From: Nostoc punctiforme PCC 73102
GTDB taxonomy: Bacteria; Cyanobacteriota; Cyanobacteriia; Cyanobacteriales; Nostocaceae
DNA: 32,000 nt
Direction: 5' to 3'
NCBI RefSeq assembly: GCF_000020025.1
Contig: NC_010628.1
Span: 4,710,001 to 4,742,000 of the forward strand
In this document: positions 9,967 to 15,968 of the stretch, in pieces
Layout of the letters: the number at the start of each line of letters is the position of its first letter
Position numbering within the stretch: position 1 is the first letter of the stretch
Notes under the pieces: generated by a model
The model's database searches: none
The model's input: only the letters and a program-made list of their open reading frames with translations
What the model was told of the DNA's origin: nothing
Program-made: the position numbers and the translations under genes

Positions 9967-10044
9967 TATTTGATCGCCACCACTCAGTGTAGAATATAAG
10001 CCTGCGGCAGCAAGGATTTTTTCTTGAGCGGTTTACGATTAGAC

Positions 10045-10917
10045 ATGAAAAAATTGTTAATCACCGGAGCAAGTGGTTTTTTAGGATGGCATCTTTGCCA
10101 GCTTGCAAAACCAGAATGGGAGATTTATGGCACTTATTTATCCCATCCTTTAGAGATTCCTGGCATTAAAACGTTAAAAGCAAACTTAACAAATTTCCAG
10201 GAATTAAAACGCATATTTAATGATGTTAAACCAGAAGCAGTTATTCATACTGCTGCCCATTCGCAACCAAATTTTTGTCAAACAAACCCCAAAGAATCGC
10301 ACGCAATTAACGTTATCGCATCATGCAATATTGCCGGACTTTGCGCGGATAATTCTATTCCTTGTGCTTTTACTTCAACCGACTTAGTTTTTGATGGCTT
10401 AAATGCTCCCTATCAAGAAATAGATGCCGTGTGTCCTGTCAACCTTTACGGTGAGCAGAAAGCGATCGCAGAAGCAGGTATGCTAGAAAGATATCCTCTG
10501 ACAGCAGTGTGTCGAATGCCCTTGATGTTTGGTGCAGCAACACCGACAGCAAAAAGCTTTATTCAGCCATTTATTCAAACTTTACAAGCAGAAAAAGAAC
10601 TAAATTTATTTATAGATGAATTTCGCACACCAGTAAGTGGAACAACTGCCGCTAAAGGACTTTTATTAGCATTAGAAAAAGTTAACGGCATCATTCACTT
10701 AGGTGGCAAAGAGCGGCTTTCGCGTTATGATTTTGGAAAAATATTAGTTGAGGTATTTCAACTCCCCACTACCAAGCTCAAATCTTGCCGACAAGAAGAT
10801 GTGAAAATGGCAGCACCTAGACCAGCAGATGTTTCTTTGGATAGTTCCAAAGCTTTTGCATTGGGGTATCAGCCTTTATCTTTAAAAGAAGAATTGCAGA
10901 ATTTAATCAATAGTTAA
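10045..10917 (+). CDS. NAD(P)-dependent SDR, RmlD-like (dTDP-4-dehydrorhamnose reductase family) sugar reductase/epimerase
   Basis: The Rossmann motif LITGASGFLGWHL sits directly after the ATG at 10045. The ORF track's TTG at 10024 is less likely to be the start. The catalytic YxxxK is present (YGEQK). The stop codon overlaps the stop of the convergent NTPase gene (TTAA at 10914-10917). Confidence 0.75.
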   Translation: MKKLLITGASGFLGWHLCQLAKPEWEIYGTYLSHPLEIPGIKTLKANLTNFQELKRIFNDVKPEAVIHTAAHSQPNFCQTNPKESHAINVIASCNIAGLCADNSIPCAFTSTDLVFDGLNAPYQEIDAVCPVNLYGEQKAIAEAGMLERYPLTAVCRMPLMFGAATPTAKSFIQPFIQTLQAEKELNLFIDEFRTPVSGTTAAKGLLLALEKVNGIIHLGGKERLSRYDFGKILVEVFQLPTTKLKSCRQEDVKMAAPRPADVSLDSSKAFALGYQPLSLKEELQNLINS

Positions 10918-12036
10918 TCATCAGGTTGTATTTGTTGTGTACCTAACCAATGACGGAAGCTGGAATGATAGAGACTATAATAAGTTTCTCCGTCAATTTG
11001 TTCTTGGTGTAAGAATTCAAGCCAACTTTCTAGAACTTCCTCAACTTCATATTCATCAGTATCAATGATTTCTGCAATTGCTTCTACTGAGATTGCTTTT
11101 TGCTGCTGAATTAGGACATTTAACACATCTGTGCTATGTTCCGTCCCTTGTTTGGGTGGAATCATTTGGTGTAAATGCTGCTGATAATATGCTTCTAAAG
11201 CAGGCGGGAGTTCATTGTACTGAAAAGGTTCCGCACTTATTATCTGACTGACATACATAAAATTATTCTCGCTCAAAGTGGTGATGCGATCGCAGAAATT
11301 TTCCTCATTAATCTGGTGATTACTCAACCAAGATTTAATATCCCCCCTTGTTAAGGGGGGTTGGGGGGATCTCTTCAACGCTTAGGTAACTTTGAATATA
11401 AGCTTGAATATCCCGCCGATTTTCTTCTGGATAATCTGCCAAATCCAGACTTTGCGATGGCGTTTCAATTAATAAACCCGACTTCTCCCGCAAAAAAGGT
11501 CTACGAGTGAGGAGAAAATAGACCCTATCGGGGAGATAGCGGGGGAGATAAAACAGATTTGTCCCAGGTGGTTGGCTATTGCGGTCAATGCAATTCAACC
11601 CATCAATGGCAATTATCAGTTTTTGATGAGGTTCTAACTCATCGCTGATTTGCTGGAGAAGACTAGAGAAAAACCAACTTCCCTCTGTGGCGTTATCTGG
11701 GAGGGAGGCGTAACTAAGCGAGTATTGATTAATTAGTTGCGTGCAGATATTTATGAGAAATTCGTCACCCCGATTTTTACCCTCAAGTTCGGCATTGTAA
11801 TAAATCACGTGAGGATTATCTGCCACATATTTGGCAAGGATGGCACTTTTACCGCTACCGGGTGCGCCAATGATGGTGAAATAACCGTGGCGATGGCGGT
11901 GGAGAAAGTTGTTAATAGCCGTGAAGACAAATTCACGACCGACAAAGTTGTGGCTTTTTTGTTGAATGATTTCCTCAAACTCCCTTGGATGTCCTCTGGA
12001 ATTGATTGCAGTGGGTGGTTTGGGTGATGAGTTCAT
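10914..12036 (-). pseudogene. NACHT-like STAND NTPase (paralog A), split into two ORFs by a 31-nt palindromic insertion
   Basis: The upstream ORF (11335-12036) carries Walker A GAPGSGKSA, Walker B LIIAIDGLN and FLLTRRP. The downstream ORF (10914-11378) is in another frame and continues the homology to the 507-aa paralog (SENNFMY, EWLEFL..Q.IDGE.YYSLYHSSF). Deleting 11340-11370 fuses them into a 363-aa ORF. Confidence 0.8.
11340..11370. repeat. 31-nt palindromic small dispersed repeat inserted in the NTPase gene
   Basis: The sequence is ATCCCCCCTTGTTAAGGGGGGTTGGGGGGAT. It has nested hairpins (CCCCCCTT/AAGGGGGG and ATCCCCCC/GGGGGGAT). Its length is 1 mod 3, which is exactly the frame offset between the two ORF halves. 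Confidence 0.75.
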
Positions 12037-12081
12037 AATTCTGAGGAATAATTAAAAGATAAGGCAAGGCTGGGGGTAGTC

Positions 12082-12645
12082 ATGACTGTGCAGTTATTAA
12101 GACGGAAGTTCACAGTTGAGCAATTTCATAAAATGATTGAGTCGGGGATTCTGTCAGAAGATGACCGGGTGGAATTGATTCGGGGAGAGATTATAGAGAT
12201 GTCGCCTATTGGGACAAAACACGCTGCTTGTGTCAATCGACTGATTAATTTGTTGATGCAGTTGTTGGGAAAGCGCGTCATACTTGCTGCTCAAAATCCA
12301 ATTGCATTGAACAATAACTCAGAACCTCAGCCAGATGTAGCATTACTCAAACCCCGTGATGACTTTTATGAAACCGCACACCCCCAACCCCAGGATATTT
12401 TTTTACTAATTGAAGTAGCTGATTCGACTGTCATGTATGACCGGGAAGAGAAAATTCCTTTATATGCCCAAGCAAACATAATTGAAGTTTGGTTAGTAGA
12501 TATTAACGAGCAAATTGTCGAAGTTTATCAACAGCCAACAGCTGCAAGATATCAGTTTATGCAAAAGTTTGCTAGCGGTCAAACTTTATCAATTCCAGCC
12601 TTCCTCGACGTGAATATTACCGTCAAGGAAATCTTTGGCAGATAA
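12082..12645 (+). CDS. Uma2-family (DUF820) putative restriction-endonuclease-like protein
   Basis: 187-aa ORF with the typical Uma2 N-terminus (FTVEQFHKMIESGIL.EDDRVELIRGEIIEMSPIG.KHA) and the later E-V-L/VD core (LLIEVADST..YDREEK.PLYA...I.E.WLVD). Its start is only 45 bp from the divergent NTPase A start. Confidence 0.85.
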   Translation: MTVQLLRRKFTVEQFHKMIESGILSEDDRVELIRGEIIEMSPIGTKHAACVNRLINLLMQLLGKRVILAAQNPIALNNNSEPQPDVALLKPRDDFYETAHPQPQDIFLLIEVADSTVMYDREEKIPLYAQANIIEVWLVDINEQIVEVYQQPTAARYQFMQKFASGQTLSIPAFLDVNITVKEIFGR

Positions 12646-12659
12646 CATTATTTCTCCCC

Positions 12660-13888
12660 TCATCCCTCTCTCATCCCTTCAAGGCGCAAAAAATGTACCC
12701 TACCTGATTGTTCCCCTGCGACAATTGTCATGCCATCTGGTGCAACAGCGCAGCAATTGATAGGATATTCCCCCGTGAAAGTGGTAATAACCTTTCCAGT
12801 TAAAAAATTCCAGACTTTCAGGGTGTTGTCATCGGAGGCAGAAATCACCTGTTGCCCATTGGGGGTGACGGCGACGGCTTTTACCCAGTCACTATGACCA
12901 TTGAGGGTGAATTGTTCCTCCCCTGTTGCCAGATTCCAGACTTTCAGGGTGTTGTCAGAGGAAGCAGAAATCACCTGTTGCCCATTGGGGGTGACGGCGA
13001 CGGCTTTTACCGAGTCACTATGACCATTGAGGGTGAATTGTTCCTCCCCTGTTGCCAGATTCCAGACTTTCAGGGTGTTGTCATCGGAGGCAGAAATCAC
13101 CTGTTGCCCATTGGGGGTGACGGCGACGGCTTTTACCCAGTCACTATGACCATTGAGGGTGAATTGTTCCTCCCCTGTTGCCAGATTCCAGACTTTCAGG
13201 GTGTTGTCAGAGGAAGCAGAAATCACCTGTTGCCCATTGGGGGTGACGGCGACGGCTTTTACCCAGTCACTATGACCATTGAGGGTGAATTGTTCCTCCC
13301 CTGTTGCCAGATTCCAGACTTTCAGGGTGTTGTCAGAGGAAGCAGAAATCACCTGTTGCCCATTGGGGGTGACGGCGACGGCTTTTACCGAGTCACTATG
13401 ACCATTGAGGGTGCGGAGTAAGCGTCCTCCTGCTGGAGTTAAACTACGGGTTAAGGGACACAGCCAAGGGGTAGTTTTCCCTTGCTTTATTTTGCCAATA
13501 ATGCCTGAATTTCCTCTGGCATTTTCTCATGTAGTAACCGTCCGTGCAATTGACTCGCTAATTGCTGCTTATCTATTACTAAAATATGTGCTGATAGTCT
13601 CAATACTCCTTGAATTAATTTGAGACTTTTAACTTTTTCAGAGTTATATTCTGGATAATTTAATGTCTCTACATCATCAATTAAATCATAATCTTCAATT
13701 AGCGACTGCACCCCCAATTCAGGATAGTTAATCTTGTCAGTGATGAATTTAAAATCAGTCAGAGTTGCATAATACTTCTCTAAATTTTCTGATTTGACCA
13801 GATTATAAGGATATCTATCTAGACGAGCTTTTTGGGAATAGGATTTTTTTGCTTTTGATTTTTTATGAGTCTTCATCATCTTCCTCAT
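12660..13888 (-). pseudogene. STAND linker domain plus six-blade WD40 beta-propeller, interrupted by a -1 frameshift at 13487-13493
   Basis: ORF 13487-13888 encodes the helical linker typical of cyanobacterial NACHT-WD40 proteins (YYATLTDFKFI...LKLIQGVLRLSAHIL...QLASQLHGRLL). The -1 frame continues without a start codon as IKQGKTTPWLCPLTRSLTPAGGRLLRTLNGHSD and then WD40 blades ending in GRVHFLRLEG. One extra A in the A4 run would give a 409-aa protein. Confidence 0.7.
12808..13413. repeat. 126-bp tandem repeat array (about 4.8 units) encoding WD40 blades
   Basis: Units start at 12842, 12968, 13094, 13220 and 13346. The units at 12842, 13094 and 13220 are identical base for base. The others differ only at one codon (TGG/TCG) and one codon cluster (GCT TCT / GCC GAT). 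Confidence 0.95.
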
Positions 13889-13921
13889 TCTCCCGTTCCC
13901 AGTAATCTACAATACGTTGAT

Positions 13922-15445
13922 TCACTTTTTAAGTAGCTTACGCTTTGTATTCAGAACTGGTTTAGATTTGAGAAAGTCTAGAAAACTAGCATGGTATATG
14001 CTGTAACAATTGTCTCCATCGATTGTCTGCTCCTTCAAATACTCAACCCACTCATCTAAAACTAATTGCACATCATATTCCTCCTGTTTAGCAATATCTG
14101 CTATCATCTTCCACGTAATTGGTGTGCCAATCTCCACTAAAATAAACAGGATAAATACTTTTACTTCTTGGGGCTTTACATCCATTCTCATCCGTACCCA
14201 ATGAACTTGATAATAGTCCTGAAGACCATCGGGTAATTGCGTTAAATTTAGGTCTTGATAGTCACCTTTAGCAATTCCTGGCAAAACATAGCGCAGGTAC
14301 ATGAAATTATTTTCGCTCTTAGTTGCTACCTGCTCAACAAAATCATTATCATCAATATTGCGGTCTTTAATCCATTGTCTAAGTGCCTTCTTATGGTCTT
14401 CATCGACATTCAAAAATAACCCAATATACTTTTTGATATCTTCACGGCTCAAATTAACATAGTCATTTGCCCTTAAATCTAGCTCCTCCATCGGGACATC
14501 TGGTGCAGACAAGCGTTTTTTATCTATAGTATATGGTCGTCTAGTCAGCAGAAAATAGACACGTTCCGGTAGCGCCGTTGGTAAATCTAAAAGATTTCCC
14601 CCAGCTTCTTGCTCCACTTCATCCAAAGCATCAACTACAATTACCAGACTTTCACTAACAGGAATTCTCTTACTAACTTGTTCTAGTAAATCAGCTAAAT
14701 TAGCCTTCTCGACATTCTGCAACTGGTAACGCTTACTTAATTGCTTGCGAATACTTTCAAGAAATAGCTCCGCTCGATTGCTACTAGTTTGGCGAATATT
14801 AAAATAGCATGGTGATTTATTATCCCAAACGTATTTAGCAGCAATAGTACTCTTCCCCATCCCCGCATCACCCGCTACTGTAAAATAACCACTGCGATTT
14901 TTATTGCAAAATTGCTTAAATGCGTCAAAAACAAACTGACGACCACAAAACGAGCGAATTTTTTCTCTAATTAACGACTTAAATTCTGTTGGATACTCAT
15001 CTAAATTCCATTCAGGGAAAGGCTCAAACTCTATTGATTTACTTCTTTTAGCAACCTGAATAAATATTTCCCCAAATTCCTCCAACTGCGATCGCAGTTC
15101 AATTTTCATCAATCGGATATCATATTCTGAATCCGTTCCCTGCAAAAACTTTTCTACTTTCTTGTAGAAACCCAAAGGATTATTTGAAGTATAAGCACTC
15201 CAAAAAGCATTTTTAATTTCTCTTTCTCGAAAAAGATTCAGCAGTACTTCCTGCTTATCCACACCATACTCAATTAAAGAATAAACATAAACACCATCAA
15301 CATCTTTAGGTGGTTGTACTGGGTCAAAATTGAATTGTTTTAAGGTTCTAACTACAGTTTCATTGCGTTGAGCTTGATTAATAACTAGAGAAGCCTCAGG
15401 TTTAGCAATACTTTTAAGTGCATTAACTACAGGGTCAATATTCAT
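13922..15445 (-). CDS. NACHT-like STAND NTPase (paralog B) with an N-terminal domain of about 175 aa and unknown function
   Basis: 507-aa ORF with Walker A GDAGMGKST, Walker B LVIVVDALDEVE, FLLTRRP, and a C-terminal winged-helix-like end (EWVEYL..QTIDG..CYSIYHASFLDFL). It is colinear with paralog A from FCGRQFVF onward. Confidence 0.8.
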   Translation of the reverse strand: MNIDPVVNALKSIAKPEASLVINQAQRNETVVRTLKQFNFDPVQPPKDVDGVYVYSLIEYGVDKQEVLLNLFREREIKNAFWSAYTSNNPLGFYKKVEKFLQGTDSEYDIRLMKIELRSQLEEFGEIFIQVAKRSKSIEFEPFPEWNLDEYPTEFKSLIREKIRSFCGRQFVFDAFKQFCNKNRSGYFTVAGDAGMGKSTIAAKYVWDNKSPCYFNIRQTSSNRAELFLESIRKQLSKRYQLQNVEKANLADLLEQVSKRIPVSESLVIVVDALDEVEQEAGGNLLDLPTALPERVYFLLTRRPYTIDKKRLSAPDVPMEELDLRANDYVNLSREDIKKYIGLFLNVDEDHKKALRQWIKDRNIDDNDFVEQVATKSENNFMYLRYVLPGIAKGDYQDLNLTQLPDGLQDYYQVHWVRMRMDVKPQEVKVFILFILVEIGTPITWKMIADIAKQEEYDVQLVLDEWVEYLKEQTIDGDNCYSIYHASFLDFLKSKPVLNTKRKLLKK

Positions 15446-15627
15446 CTTCGCTAGCAGTAGAGATAATTTTTACACCTGTAACATATCCTAACGACAGATG
15501 ACAAAATTAAGCAAAGATATACTTGTATAATAGCGATACCTTTGGTAAGCTGCGCTAACCCTCCCTCTTCTCTCTTCCTCTGCGTCCTCTGCGCCTCTGC
15601 GGTTCGATTTTCACACTCATTGCCAAA

Positions 15628-15685
15628 GCGCGTAGGCATAACCCTTCGTAGACATTGCCTAGCTATTTCGAGTTCCAAAGCTCAA
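15628..15685 (-). repeat. Dispersed Nostoc-type repeat (copy A), homologous to 23696-23752
   Basis: The reverse complement reads TTGAGCTTTGGAACTCGAAATAGCTAGGCAATGTCTACGAAGGGTTATGCCTACGCGC. It aligns by eye at roughly three quarters of positions with TTGAGTTTGGATCTCAAAAGGGCTAGGCAATATCTATGACGAGCTACGCCTACGCTC at 23696-23752. Confidence 0.7.
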
Positions 15686-15750
15686 CTTTGACCTTTTGAG
15701 GCTCAACTTTGACCTTCTGAGGCTCAACGTTGACCTTCTGAGGCTCAACT
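15677..15750. repeat. 21-bp tandem repeat, about 3.5 copies (GAGGCTCAACTTTGACCTTCT)
   Basis: Copies lie at 15677, 15698 and 15719, with a partial copy at 15740, and carry 1-4 substitutions each. The array sits between the gcvP terminator and the NTPase B start. Confidence 0.9.
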
Positions 15751-15900
15751 ATAAATCAATACGGTTCACTTAAGGGCTACTGGCAAAAATTTTGGGTTTT
15801 TGAGACGCGATAAATCGCCGTCTCTACAAGTGTTTTGGTCTTATCTGAACTGTATTGAACTATAAATATTTCTATCTTACGCAGAGAGAGAGTTTATTCT

Positions 15901-15941
15901 AAAAAAATCCCCCCAACTTTCTGTAAACGAGAGTTGGGGGG
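15901..15941 (-). terminator. Rho-independent terminator of gcvP
   Basis: Perfect 10-bp inverted repeat CCCCCCAACT (15909-15918) / AGTTGGGGGG (15932-15941) with a 13-nt loop. On the minus strand it is followed by a T7 run (A-run 15901-15907). It lies about 28 nt after the gcvP stop. Confidence 0.8.
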
Positions 15942-15968
15942 AGCAAGCTTTAACTAAACTGTATGGTT

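Noticed and set aside
10024-10044. TTG start proposed by the ORF track for the RmlD-like gene
   Set aside because: The ATG at 10045 is followed immediately by the Rossmann-fold glycine motif (KKLLITGASGFLG), which is the normal N-terminus of this family. The extra 7 residues have no support.
12852-13421. 189-aa plus-strand ORF with its own perfect repeats (LPIGGDGDGFYPVTMTIEGELFLPCCQIPDFQGVV)
   Set aside because: It is the antisense reading of the WD40 tandem repeat and stays open only because the 126-bp unit happens to lack stops in that frame. The minus-strand frame gives canonical WD40 blades (GH...WD-like LKVWNL) and a conserved C-terminus.
13907-13924. Stop-codon readthrough joining NTPase B to the linker ORF
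   Set aside because: Two different in-frame stops (TGA and TAG) within 18 nt make readthrough implausible. This is reported as possible gene fission instead.
15451-15678. 75-aa minus-strand ORF between gcvP and NTPase B
   Set aside because: It is built almost entirely from dispersed-repeat DNA (CTCTGCGTCCTCTGCGCCTCTGCG and the GCCTACGC element). It has no RBS and a low-complexity R/Q/E-rich sequence.
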